Below, piece by piece: positions 27,063 to 37,268 of a stretch of DNA of 64,000 bases. Location of the stretch: the NCBI GenBank assembly GCA_964461915.1, contig CAYWVD010000001.1:235168-299167 (forward strand). The letters are read 5' to 3'. The notes under the pieces are model-generated. The model worked only from the letters and a program-made list of their open reading frames with translations, had not been told where the DNA came from and made no database searches. The first letter of the stretch is position 1, and every line of letters begins with the position of its first letter. This DNA is from an uncultured Candidatus Saccharibacteria bacterium (GTDB taxonomy: Bacteria > Patescibacteriota > Dojkabacteria > B142 > OLB20). The position numbers and the translations under genes were made by a program.

Positions 27063-29671
27063 TTTTGGGCAATTTCTTGTAGTTCTTTTAGTTTATTTAG
27101 CGCATTAATTGGAGTAAGTGAGTTTATATCCAGATTTTCCAGCTCTTTTTTCAAAGGATTTTCATCTACCTTCACTTGGTTGCTTTGTTGATTCATCAAA
27201 CCTATTTGGGATTCGTTAACCAAGTTATGTTTTTCAATATATGATTTAATAGATTTTTTTTGAAATTGAAATTGGACTTTTTCTGCTCTTTTGATGACTT
27301 CGGTAGGGATTCCCGCTAATTTAGCAACATGAATACCATAACTTTTATTTAAACCACCTTTTTCAATTTTATGCATAAATGTAACCTCAGAGCCGGATTC
27401 AATAACTTGGATATTAAAGTTTTTGATATTGTCAAAAAGGTCTTCTAATAACAATAAATCATGATAATGCGTGGCAAACATAGTCCTGCATTGAATCTTT
27501 TTTGCTATGAATTCACTTACTGACCATGCAATGGCCATTCCGTCGTATGTGCTTGTCCCTCGACCAATCTCATCTAAGATCACAATTGACTTAGAAGTTG
27601 CATTATTCAGTATATTTGCAGTTTCGAGCATCTCAACCATAAATGTGGATTCACCTTGAGCCAAATTATCTGAAGCCCCAACTCTAGTAAATATCCTATC
27701 GCAAACAGGGATTTCAGCAGAATCACATGGCACAAATGATCCTATTTGCGCCATCAAGAAAATAATTGCAACTTGTCTAATATATGTTGATTTCCCCGAC
27801 ATGTTTGGACCGGTCAACATAATGAATTCCTGTGTTTTAGGAATAAAATTAACATCATTAGGGATAAAGGCTTCTTTCATGAAATTTTCAACTACAGGAT
27901 GCCTAGAGTTGATTATTTTTGTCGAATTGAGTAAATGGTCATTAAATATTTTCGGCTTATTATAGTTGTTTTTAATTGCGATTTGAGCGAAATTTAAGAA
28001 CACATCGATTTCAGCTATTGTTTTTGAAAGTTTTGAGATCAAATTAAAATTCTCGATAACTTTATCTCTTAATTCTTCAAATATCTGATACTCTTTTTGA
28101 TTAATTAGTTCTGAAGCACTTAAGATTTTTTCTTCCCATGTTTTTAATTCTTCGGTAATAAATCGTTCAGCATTTACCAAGGTTTGTTTTCGAATATAAT
28201 TTGAAGGGACTTTATCAAGGTTAGAGTTACTTATTTCAATATAATATCCAAAAACACGATTGTATCGGATTTTCAAAGATGATATTCCGGTTCTTTTTAT
28301 TTCATCGCTCTCTAAAGTTTTTAAAAAATCATTTCCACTTCCTGAGACCTTGCGTAAATCATCAAGTTCTTTATTTACACCATCCTTAATAATGTCACCT
28401 TCTGTAATTGTTATCGCAGGATCATCCTTAATTGTATTTTCAATTGATCGTATGACAGAATCCTTTAGTTCAGAAAGATCTTTTGAACTAAACTCTTTAC
28501 TATTTAGTACCTCTAATGTTTTTATGGAATTGCTAAGCCCAGTAGATAAAAACTTTAAATCCCTAGCATTAGCACTTTTTCCTGAAATTTTACTTATCAA
28601 TCTATCTAAATCTGGAACATTATTTAGATTTTGTATGACCTCATTAGCTATATCAGGGTTTTTAAAGAAGAAGTCGACCCGATCTAGTCTTTCATTAATA
28701 TCATCTGCATTTTTTAACGGGCGAATTATCCATTGTCTTAATAGTCTTTGCCCCATTCCTGTCATACAATGATTTAAGACATTGAAAATTGTGAATTGTG
28801 AATTTGCACCCCTTAAATCGCTTAAAATTTCGAGATTTAAAATAGTATCTTTGTCTAAATACATAAATTTATCGCTCTCTAATAGAGTAAGAGGCTGAAG
28901 TTTTGGAGTATTTAACTTCCTATTAACCTTTACATAATCCAATAATTTTGCAGAAGAAATCAGTCCAACTTCATAATCATCCAAACCAAAAGATTTAAAA
29001 CTCACTATGTCATAGTATTTTAAAAGATCGTTTTTGAGTTCATTTGTAAAATATTGTCTATCATCAATTCCGACCAAATTAAAAGAAGGGAAATATTCTT
29101 TAAAACTATTAATGAGTGAAGATTGGATAATAATCTCGGATGGACTTATTCGAAATAATTCCATAATAAGTTCGGATGGCGGTATATTCTTTTCTTTACC
29201 AGAGTTTACATATTGATTTAATTTAAATTCACCAGTTGACACATCAGCATAAGATAGCCCCCATGCATTTAAACCTCTATTGCTAGTTAAATATATAGAT
29301 GCAATATAATTGTTTTTATCAAGTTCGATTTCATTTTCATCAAGAATTGTCCCTGCTGTAATTATTTTTGTAACTTCTCTTTTTACAAGTTGCCCGGCAA
29401 TTGGTTCTTCCATTTGATCTGCAATAGCGACCTTATAACCAGCCTTTATTAATTTAGGAAGATAATTCTTAAGGGCATGATGTGGAATTCCTGCCATTGC
29501 TACTCGATTTTCTCTTTCACCTCTACCTGTTAAAGTCAAAGCCAATACTTTAGATAAGACTTTGGCGTCTTCTGCGAAACCCTCATAAAAATCACCAAGT
29601 CTAAAAAGCAGTAAACAGTCAGGGTTCTGTTTTTTTATCTCATTGTACTGTTCAAGCATCGGAGTTGCCAT
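27059..29671 (-). CDS. mutS: DNA mismatch repair protein MutS
   Basis: N-terminal mismatch-binding region (TPMLEQYNEIKKQNPDCLLLFRLGDFYEGF). Walker A LTGPNMSGKSTYIRQVA. C-terminal HTH. Confidence 0.85.
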   Translation of the reverse strand: MATPMLEQYNEIKKQNPDCLLLFRLGDFYEGFAEDAKVLSKVLALTLTGRGERENRVAMAGIPHHALKNYLPKLIKAGYKVAIADQMEEPIAGQLVKREVTKIITAGTILDENEIELDKNNYIASIYLTSNRGLNAWGLSYADVSTGEFKLNQYVNSGKEKNIPPSELIMELFRISPSEIIIQSSLINSFKEYFPSFNLVGIDDRQYFTNELKNDLLKYYDIVSFKSFGLDDYEVGLISSAKLLDYVKVNRKLNTPKLQPLTLLESDKFMYLDKDTILNLEILSDLRGANSQFTIFNVLNHCMTGMGQRLLRQWIIRPLKNADDINERLDRVDFFFKNPDIANEVIQNLNNVPDLDRLISKISGKSANARDLKFLSTGLSNSIKTLEVLNSKEFSSKDLSELKDSVIRSIENTIKDDPAITITEGDIIKDGVNKELDDLRKVSGSGNDFLKTLESDEIKRTGISSLKIRYNRVFGYYIEISNSNLDKVPSNYIRKQTLVNAERFITEELKTWEEKILSASELINQKEYQIFEELRDKVIENFNLISKLSKTIAEIDVFLNFAQIAIKNNYNKPKIFNDHLLNSTKIINSRHPVVENFMKEAFIPNDVNFIPKTQEFIMLTGPNMSGKSTYIRQVAIIFLMAQIGSFVPCDSAEIPVCDRIFTRVGASDNLAQGESTFMVEMLETANILNNATSKSIVILDEIGRGTSTYDGMAIAWSVSEFIAKKIQCRTMFATHYHDLLLLEDLFDNIKNFNIQVIESGSEVTFMHKIEKGGLNKSYGIHVAKLAGIPTEVIKRAEKVQFQFQKKSIKSYIEKHNLVNESQIGLMNQQSNQVKVDENPLKKELENLDINSLTPINALNKLKELQEIAQK

Positions 29672-29749
29672 ATTACTTTTTTACGCTGAAAACTTTATTA
29701 TTAGTCACAATTTTACTATAATTAACAAGTTCTTTCTAATTATATATAT

Positions 29750-29835
29750 GCCGAGGTGGTGAAATGGTAGACACGCTAGCCTTAGGAGCTAGTGCCCGAA
29801 AGGGTGTGCAGGTTCAAGTCCTGTTCTCGGCACCA
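29750..29835 (+). tRNA. tRNA-Leu (anticodon TAG), long variable arm, CCA encoded
   Basis: Hand-folded: acceptor gccgagg/cctcggc, anticodon stem ctagc/gctag with loop cuUAGga, long variable arm, T-arm caggttcaagtcctg, discriminator A, CCA. Confidence 0.85.
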
Positions 29836-29838
29836 TTA

Positions 29839-30969
29839 TTATTTCTCCCAAACAGGATAGTAGCAGTTTAAATCACAAAGAGTATACGATACAAGAGTCT
29901 TTAAATTTATAACGATTGCTGAACCGTTTCTTCTATCAAAGGATGCAAACTTTTCGTTAGGTGAAACTGCAAAGTCTCTTTGATTATAGAATTGGTAATT
30001 ATTAAGATCGAGTATCTGTTTAGCAAGGAGATTGTCCTTAGAATATGAAAATAATTTTCCGTCATATACAATATAAAAATTATAGCCGTTAGCACTAGGC
30101 TTTAGTTTAGAAACTTTCTCAGCATTAACTTGGGTTATATTTAAACTTAACAATTTATTTTGCACCATCGAAGAGGGATCTAAGGATGATAGGCCAATTG
30201 AATTGAAAAATATAAGTTTGTTAGGATATAACCAGTTTAGATAATTAAAAGCAATTTCATCACCAAGATCATAAAGTTCAAGATAAGTAGGTTTTGAAGT
30301 CTCTAAGTTATAAAGATAAGTTCTGTGTAGTCTTTCGTTTTCTTTAGCTAATACCCAATTAAGGTCTTTAGAAACAGAAATAACAAATGAATCCTCTGGT
30401 AGTTTATATTGTTTATCTTCGATTAATTTACCATTCTGGGGATTAAATTTGTTTATTGAAGTCTGTGTTATTACAGCGAAATTATTATCATCTAGCCAAT
30501 AGAAATCATAATCATCAAAAACTAAATCTGTAAAAACAGAAGTCATTGACTTTAACTCTAGAAAAGAAAGTATTGAGTTATTATTAATATAAGCTAAATA
30601 AGCGTTGTCATTAGAAATATCTAACAACCTAAGATAAATCATTTTTGTATCTAAAGATTGTTCTTTTGCGCCTTGGTTATTTGGATCATAAGACATTAAA
30701 ATCCCCGGTTGTTTATTACTCTCATTTAATATATAAAATACTTTGGCATCTTCATTTACAGAGACTTCAGGTGTAGGGATTGGAGTATCTTCAATATTTT
30801 TGGGTGTAGGAGTAGGTGAAATTTTTGTTGGTTTAGGAGCAGTGCCTCCAGAATTACCAAACATTAGTATTCCTAAAATTACCAGTACTAATAAACCAAT
30901 AAAAAGAGCTACAACAACAATTGAAATGATCTTTTTGTTTCTAGCATATGTACTATCTGTAATTGCCAT
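29839..30969 (-). CDS. Hypothetical membrane-anchored protein with a Pro/Thr-rich linker and a beta-rich (propeller-like?) ectodomain
   Basis: N-terminal TM, then PKPTKISPTPTPKNIEDTPIPTPEV linker. No catalytic motif. Confidence 0.4.
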   Translation of the reverse strand: MAITDSTYARNKKIISIVVVALFIGLLVLVILGILMFGNSGGTAPKPTKISPTPTPKNIEDTPIPTPEVSVNEDAKVFYILNESNKQPGILMSYDPNNQGAKEQSLDTKMIYLRLLDISNDNAYLAYINNNSILSFLELKSMTSVFTDLVFDDYDFYWLDDNNFAVITQTSINKFNPQNGKLIEDKQYKLPEDSFVISVSKDLNWVLAKENERLHRTYLYNLETSKPTYLELYDLGDEIAFNYLNWLYPNKLIFFNSIGLSSLDPSSMVQNKLLSLNITQVNAEKVSKLKPSANGYNFYIVYDGKLFSYSKDNLLAKQILDLNNYQFYNQRDFAVSPNEKFASFDRRNGSAIVINLKTLVSYTLCDLNCYYPVWEK

Positions 30970-31046
30970 ATTTTATTATTATTCATCTATAGACTACAAA
31001 AAATCCAATTAAACCTCAAATATTTGTTATAATTAAATTCAAATTT

Positions 31047-31130
31047 GCCCTGGTGCTGAAACTGGTAGACAGGCACGCTTCAGGAGCGTGTGCAAGAAAT
31101 TGCATGGGAGTTCGATTCTCCCCCGGGGCA
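31047..31130 (+). tRNA. tRNA-Leu (anticodon CAG), long variable arm, CCA not encoded
   Basis: Acceptor gccctgg/ccggggc, anticodon stem cacgc/gcgtg with loop uuCAGga, T-arm gggag-ttcgatt-ctccc, discriminator A, followed by ttcc. Confidence 0.8.
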
Positions 31131-31203
31131 TTCCTACATTTATTGAGTATCCCCTTGTTAAATATTGAAATTAGCAATAAAATGACTTGTTATAAAAAAT
31201 CTA

Positions 31204-32124
31204 ATGAATAAAATATTTTATAAAACAAGCGATCAACCAACTTTAAATACTATAAATCGATTTGTAAAAGGCTGCTGGATCGATATAGTTAATCCTGATG
31301 TAGAAGACTTTAAGTTACTTTCTGAAAAACTTAACCTTCAACCGTCTGTTATCGAAGATATACTTGATGCAAATGAAATTCCCAAGGTAGAAAAGATCGA
31401 TGAAAATTTATTGATAATTCTTAAAATTCCTACAACTAAAAACAAAAATAAAGTATTAGGGAATTTCGCTACTATTATAAATCCATTATGTATCGTAACA
31501 ATTTCATCTACTGAGAACCCAGTTATAATAAAAGTAGTTAATAACTTTAAAGATTTAAACACTAATAACAAATCTAAACTATTTTTTAATTTATTAGATA
31601 CTTTGTCTATTTATTATCGAAATAATATCGAAAGTATTGTAAGAGACATCGAATCGCAGAAAAAAAGCTTAGATCAAGTAAACGATTCTAAGATTACTCA
31701 ACTTGTCATGCATGAAGAACAATTAAATTATTACAATCTTGCAGTCCAACCAACCAAATACATCATAAATAAAATTTTGAAAGGGAAAACCTTGCCAATT
31801 TTTGAAGAAGATGAAGAAGATCTTCAAGACATTTACGAAGAATTTAACCAGTTAGCTGAAATTTGCATATTGAATTTGAAAGGAATTGTTACTTTAAGGG
31901 ATTCATATAAAATACTTATGGATCTAAATTTAAACAAAACAATTAAAATATTGACCTCTTTAACAATTATTATTACCATTCCTACTATTGTTAGTAGCAT
32001 ATTTGGTATGAATGTAGTTTTCCCTATGGCTATGGACACTAATGGTTTTTATATAATTATGTTTAGCATAATTGCAATAATCTCTTTTGTAATTGGTGTG
32101 TTTTACAGGAAGAAATGGCTATAA
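31204..32124 (+). CDS. corA: CorA-family magnesium/cobalt transporter
   Basis: C-terminal two-TM region with the GMN motif (IFGMNVVFPMAMD). Confidence 0.75.
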   Translation: MNKIFYKTSDQPTLNTINRFVKGCWIDIVNPDVEDFKLLSEKLNLQPSVIEDILDANEIPKVEKIDENLLIILKIPTTKNKNKVLGNFATIINPLCIVTISSTENPVIIKVVNNFKDLNTNNKSKLFFNLLDTLSIYYRNNIESIVRDIESQKKSLDQVNDSKITQLVMHEEQLNYYNLAVQPTKYIINKILKGKTLPIFEEDEEDLQDIYEEFNQLAEICILNLKGIVTLRDSYKILMDLNLNKTIKILTSLTIIITIPTIVSSIFGMNVVFPMAMDTNGFYIIMFSIIAIISFVIGVFYRKKWL

Positions 32125-33177
32125 CTATTTGTTTAGAATAGCTACTTCAATATTAGCTTTAATTACTTCGGTTGTTTTTTCTAAAGCATCCTTTATTGAT
32201 TCAGCTTGGAGTTTGAATCCCGCAGCAGCTTTATGTCCACCTCCGTTTAGATTTTTAGCTAATATACTTACATCAATTGATCCATATATTGCTCTGAAAG
32301 ATCCTTTATATTTACCTTTCCCCAAATCTAAATCAGGAACAAGAATATAGCCCCATTTAAAAGGTTGTAAATTTCTTAAATAGTTATCCATAAAGAAATG
32401 ATATCCAATATTGTAGTCACCAAGATCGAAACCATTTTCAATATATTTAGTGCCAAATTCATCAGACACAAAGCTATAATTACAGACATCCGATTGCATA
32501 TAGTTGTTAGTTAACTCTTGTACAACCATTAATGAATATTTATTTAACATATGGGTATGAAGTTGTAATTCTTCAATATTTAAACCATCACTAACAAGTT
32601 CAGAAGCAATCTTAAAAGTATCATTATGGTAATTATTATTGTACATAAACCTGCCTGTGTCATCGATAATCCCAAATAGAACAGCTTTTTTATCTTCAAT
32701 ATCAATTTTTAAATTTAATTGATCTCTAAAAATTAAATAAATCTGTTCACAGGTTGAAGAACGTCTTTCGTTTATATAGAAATCAACAGGATCCTGATGT
32801 TCTGGATTATGATGATCAAATACTATTGTTTTTATTGAATTATTCCGAATAGAAGCTCCAACCTCAGAAGTATGTTCTCTTGAAAACCTTCCAAATATAC
32901 CTCCATCGAGCATTATTATTAATTCCGGTTTAAGTTCAAGGATAGTTTCAGATATGTTATCTGATTTTAAAATTGCGTTAAATCCTTCTAGAAAAGAATA
33001 TGTTTCGGGTATTGCTCCCTCAATAGAAGCATTAATATTTTTTTCTGGGAAGTTCTTTTTTAAAACATTTAGGGCAAACAAAGTTGAACCAATTGAATCA
33101 GGATCAGGATTGAAGTGTGAGATTACTAGTATGTTGTTAGAATTCTTGATTGTATCGGCTAATATATTTATATTCAT
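32125..33177 (-). CDS. nrnA: DHH/DHHA1 phosphoesterase (NrnA-like oligoribonuclease / pAp phosphatase)
   Basis: DHH motifs (ISHFNPDPDSIGS; DHHNPE) and DHHA1 GGGH (NGGGHKAAAGF). Confidence 0.7.
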   Translation of the reverse strand: MNINILADTIKNSNNILVISHFNPDPDSIGSTLFALNVLKKNFPEKNINASIEGAIPETYSFLEGFNAILKSDNISETILELKPELIIMLDGGIFGRFSREHTSEVGASIRNNSIKTIVFDHHNPEHQDPVDFYINERRSSTCEQIYLIFRDQLNLKIDIEDKKAVLFGIIDDTGRFMYNNNYHNDTFKIASELVSDGLNIEELQLHTHMLNKYSLMVVQELTNNYMQSDVCNYSFVSDEFGTKYIENGFDLGDYNIGYHFFMDNYLRNLQPFKWGYILVPDLDLGKGKYKGSFRAIYGSIDVSILAKNLNGGGHKAAAGFKLQAESIKDALEKTTEVIKANIEVAILNK

Positions 33178-33968
33178 TTTTTGTTAATTTCAATTATTTT
33201 TGTTTCAAATTGCTTAGCAAAAGCAAAAAAATTATAGTTCTTATTTGTATCATAGGGGTTTTCATATATAGATCTGATCCCATTTTCATTCCAAAATACT
33301 CCACCTGCTTCTTCTACAATTATCTGCAATGGAACATTATCCCAGATTTTACTACTTGTACAAACAACAATGGAATATTTTCCTTCTGCTAATTTACAAA
33401 TATCATAAACAGAATTTGAAATTCGAACATTACGTAGTTCTAAGGCGTAATCTGCCAACTTCTTACAATCTTTAAAAGTTCTTTCAGGATTATCTTTAAA
33501 TCCATCAATCCAATAACAACCTAATGTTTTACTAAAATCCATTTGGTTAGTAACATTAATCTTTTTGTCGTTTAACCAAGCTCCCTCGCCTTTTTCTGCG
33601 TAATACAACTCATTAAAATAGGGGAGTACCGCACCACCAGCAATACTAACGTTATTATGTAAAAGCCCAATCATAATTCCATAATGAGGGAGGCCATTTG
33701 AAAAATTAGAGGTTCCATCTATAGGATCAACAACGAAAGTAAATTCAGAGTTGTTATTAATAATCCCAGCTTCTTCATCAATAATATTATAATCAGGGAA
33801 TTCCACCTTTATTCGATTAATAATGTAGTTTCCAATTTCTAAATCTACCTGAGTTAAAACCTGATTATTATCTCCTGCTTTATCTATTTCTAATGTGTTT
33901 TGAAAATATTTTTTAGCAATTATCGAAGATTCTTGTAGGACAGATTTAATAAATTTATCGTAAGTCAT
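33174..33968 (-). CDS. Inositol monophosphatase family protein (SuhB/IMPase-like)
   Basis: IMPase signature VVDPIDGTSNFSNGLPHYG and downstream WD..A. Confidence 0.75.
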   Translation of the reverse strand: MTYDKFIKSVLQESSIIAKKYFQNTLEIDKAGDNNQVLTQVDLEIGNYIINRIKVEFPDYNIIDEEAGIINNNSEFTFVVDPIDGTSNFSNGLPHYGIMIGLLHNNVSIAGGAVLPYFNELYYAEKGEGAWLNDKKINVTNQMDFSKTLGCYWIDGFKDNPERTFKDCKKLADYALELRNVRISNSVYDICKLAEGKYSIVVCTSSKIWDNVPLQIIVEEAGGVFWNENGIRSIYENPYDTNKNYNFFAFAKQFETKIIEINKK

Positions 33969-33974
33969 TTTTTA

Positions 33975-34715
33975 TTAAATAAAATCTATTGGAGTAATAC
34001 TAATAAAACCACTATTTAAAGCTCCAGTATCATAATTAACATCATAATTTTGATTTTCAGCATAATATTTATCGAATTTAAAAATTATTTCATCATCTTC
34101 AATATAAAGATCGTTATAATAATAATTACTCCAATTTTTATCAACTTTTGTAATTTTAATTTCTGAAGTTGGCTTATCGGGTAAGTTTATATTTACAATA
34201 TTTTTACCATAAAACTCTTTCTTAATCACAAGATCAATCAATTCTAATACTTTTTTGCCCGGATAATCTATCAAATGTTCAATATCAGGAGTCGACTCAT
34301 GATCAATAAAGTACTTTTTCCAATTTGTTTTCATGCTAAACACAATTGCTTTATCAGCAATGTCATTTCCAATAGCTCGAACTGCAGCCGAGAAAGTCCC
34401 TGAAGAAATTATAGCAGAACTAATATTTTCACCCGAATTTACACCCGAGATAATAAGATCAAACTTTTCTTTAGTAAAAGCTCTTACAGCATTGATTCCA
34501 TCAGAAGGAGAGCCATCAACTATAACAACGTCAGCATTGCCAATTTTTTGTCTTGTGAAGGTCAGTTTAGATTTTAAAGTCATATATCCTCCAACTCCTG
34601 ATTGTTGAGCTTTCGTTACTATAGCAAAAACATCATGATTTTTTGAAAGCAGTTTTAATAATAGATTAAAGCCAACTGAATTAACACCATCATCACCTGT
34701 TAGGAAAATCTTCAT
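33975..34715 (-). CDS. surE: 5'/3'-nucleotidase SurE
   Basis: N-terminal MKIFLTGDDGVNSVGF (SurE DDG metal motif). Confidence 0.75.
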   Translation of the reverse strand: MKIFLTGDDGVNSVGFNLLLKLLSKNHDVFAIVTKAQQSGVGGYMTLKSKLTFTRQKIGNADVVIVDGSPSDGINAVRAFTKEKFDLIISGVNSGENISSAIISSGTFSAAVRAIGNDIADKAIVFSMKTNWKKYFIDHESTPDIEHLIDYPGKKVLELIDLVIKKEFYGKNIVNINLPDKPTSEIKITKVDKNWSNYYYNDLYIEDDEIIFKFDKYYAENQNYDVNYDTGALNSGFISITPIDFI

Positions 34716-34862
34716 TAGGATTTAATATTTTATTGAAAAAGAATTTTATCGGGACGACAGGACTAGTTACGAACTGATTTCCATCTTGTTTAATAAGGTA
34801 TTATGCCTTGTTGATGAGCTAAAATGTAAATGGCAATTTCTATCAGAATTTTATAATATTAA

Positions 34863-35537
34863 TTAAATAGATAAAGACATTTCGGGAATAATTATCGATG
34901 GCTCTTTTTCTTGTAATGAAACTAACAAAACACCAAATTCCAAAATTTGAGGAAGATTCAAATCAATATATTCCCAGCATTCTTCAGCCTTCTCTGGTCT
35001 TGTATAGTTAGAAATGTTTAAATGGTTTGCAATACAGTCTGAATCTTTTATTTCGTTTATTTGGACATGATCTGTTATTTCTTTAACTTTTCTAACATTT
35101 TCTAGATAACTTTCGTTATCATTGATACCATACTTTTTCATTAATTCATCACACTTCTGATATAAACTCATTAAGTATTTATTATTTTCAAATAACAATG
35201 CTAACCAATAATAATCCTTGTTCATTAGATGATTGGCACTTTGAAATTTCTTGGTCAAAACCCATTCATTTCTCTTAATAACAAACCTGTGTTCTTTTGC
35301 TAATTCGTTTAATACTATTTCCAGGTCTTCAATTTCATTGGTTCTAAACTGACCTATTGTAATATGTGGCGTAGCGCCATGGGGTTTTATCGTAAATCTT
35401 GAACCATTTGAATAAACTTCATCCTTGATCTTCTGGATTTGTTCAATATTAAAAGGTTTAATTAGTATATTTCCTGTCATAGCTTTATTTTGAATACCAT
35501 TCTCTGAACTGTAATTAAATTGACATATTCGTGGCAT
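34863..35537 (-). CDS. Hypothetical protein (possible 2H-phosphoesterase-like; one HxT motif only)
   Basis: ORF with a single H-I-T-I motif (PHITIGQF). No second HxT/S, so unassigned. Confidence 0.3.
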   Translation of the reverse strand: MPRICQFNYSSENGIQNKAMTGNILIKPFNIEQIQKIKDEVYSNGSRFTIKPHGATPHITIGQFRTNEIEDLEIVLNELAKEHRFVIKRNEWVLTKKFQSANHLMNKDYYWLALLFENNKYLMSLYQKCDELMKKYGINDNESYLENVRKVKEITDHVQINEIKDSDCIANHLNISNYTRPEKAEECWEYIDLNLPQILEFGVLLVSLQEKEPSIIIPEMSLSI

Positions 35538-35970
35538 TTACTACAAATATATCAAAATTATCGTGAATATAAAATGGGGGGACTGCAGGACTTGAACGGA
35601 TTAAATTCTTCAAAATGCCTGTATATTGGGCATTTCTAGCGTTTGTATATTTTGGGGTAATTTTTATGATAAATCTAATGCACTTTTTGTAAAGCTCGGT
35701 ATATCAAGCTTTTCTTAAAAACCGTACTGTTAAATCGGGGTGATCGTACTATGTACGAACGGATTCTCCCTCTCATTGATACCATTATCTCATATGTTAA
35801 AGAGTTTGAGTATAAGTGGAAGTTCCTTTTTGAGCTTCCTCAATTAGATTTAAGTTGTTAGGGCGATTGTTTATTATAATTCTGGGTTTAAAAATTACGG
35901 GTGCTTGATGAACATACTGATAATGCCTATACAGATAATTACATATGCTATTAAATATTAAAAACAGCAA

Positions 35971-36216
35971 TTAAGAGGAATAACTAGCCGTTAAAAATTG
36001 CTTTCCATCAAGATTATCAAATTGAAGGACTTTTGATACAGTAGCCACTGCTGAAACAGGTTCGCCAGAATCTTTAAAATAAACAGTATCGCCTTCACTG
36101 ATTCTATCCCAAGGGGCTATTCTGTTCTTATACCATCTTGATTCAATTGTTTTCTCGCCAGAGATAATCTTCGGAATAAGTTCCCACGATTTTTTCATTA
36201 TTGCGATATGATTCAT
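35971..36216 (-). CDS. Small hypothetical protein (possibly PUA/ASCH-like beta-barrel)
   Basis: 81-aa ORF at the edge of the accessory island, adjacent to the IS element. No motif recognised. Confidence 0.25.
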   Translation of the reverse strand: MNHIAIMKKSWELIPKIISGEKTIESRWYKNRIAPWDRISEGDTVYFKDSGEPVSAVATVSKVLQFDNLDGKQFLTASYSS

Positions 36217-36260
36217 TTTGCTGTTACATCTTCTAAATATTTACCTGTAAGTGACTTTTT

Positions 36261-37004
36261 ATTAGGGTCTTGTGAAGATTAGAGAGGATTTTGACTCAAC
36301 TCTTTCATCAACACTTTGTATATATTATCACTTCTGTGGTTAAAACACCACTCGGATTCTTTCAAATGTAAAATAAACTTATTTTTAGGCACTCCATTAA
36401 ATTGTGCTATTCTTCTTTTAGCATAACTCCAAAAACTTTCTATACCGTTTACATGATTTTTTCCACGAGCAAATTCATCCTTCGAATGATATATTCTGTA
36501 ATGCTTGTATCCATTTAAAACTAAACTATCATAGCTTGTCCAACCATCCGTATATATCGTACTATCCTCAAGTATTTTACCCTTAATTATCGGCATTAAC
36601 TGCTTCCTTTTACAATTCTTGACGATAACCGTATATACCTTACCATTACGCTTCAACAATCCAAATACAGGAACTTTACCTTTAGCTCCACGACCTCTTT
36701 TACCTCGTATTCTTTTAGCTCCAAAATATGATTCATCTGCTTCTATTTCACCTGATAACTTTTCTTCATTTTCTGTTAGTTGAAATATTCTTAATCTTAA
36801 TTTTTGATAGATATCTGAAATTGTTCTCCTTGAAATTCCGGTTAATTTACTGGTCTGAGTTGAGTCAAAATCCTCTGTAAAACACCTTAGAATCTGTCTA
36901 AATTTTGCCTCTGAAATCTTTGAACGGTTTGTGTACTTGTTTTTCATTGTCTTGCAAGGTATTTTACCACATTTACAACGTGCTATTCTTCACAAGACCC
37001 TAAT
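36261..37004 (-). mobile_element. IS1595-family insertion sequence (about 744 bp) with ~18-bp terminal inverted repeats; transposase CDS 36279..36947 on the minus strand
   Basis: Transposase has an N-terminal HTH/zinc region and a DDE_Tnp_IS1595-type core (TDGWTSYD ... NHVNGIESFWSYAKRR). Left end ATTAGGGTCTTGTGAAGA at 36261-36278 is a perfect reverse complement of TCTTCACAAGACCCTAAT at 36987-37004. Confidence 0.75.
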
Positions 37005-37268
37005 TATTATTTGCCTCTTTTCGAGTTTTAATTCAAAAAGTTTTGAGAAAGTTTTTTTCATTTAGTGAAGAATACAGATTATTAATAAATTTATCACTCG
37101 CTATTAGTGATGTCAAAGTTAGAAGATATTGTTCCTGACCTGTATTTCCCGCCATTTTCAATATGTTCCAACAAGACCCTCAACAATATTTACAACCATT
37201 GCCTTTCACCTTGTCAATTATATTGTCAATTAACTTGACAATTATTTTACATATCCATATAATGGATT

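Noticed and set aside
35575-35700. tmRNA or a tRNA at the GGGGGGACTGCAGGACTTGAACGG segment
   Set aside because: No acceptor-stem/T-arm pairing can be built on either strand. Only a 12-14-nt match to the tRNA-Leu T-arm region, better explained as an att-like remnant.
37171-37180. Third, solo copy of the IS1 inverted repeat (ACAAGACCCT) upstream of Fic
   Set aside because: Only a 10-nt match. That is expected by chance at appreciable frequency in a 64-kb window searched on both strands.
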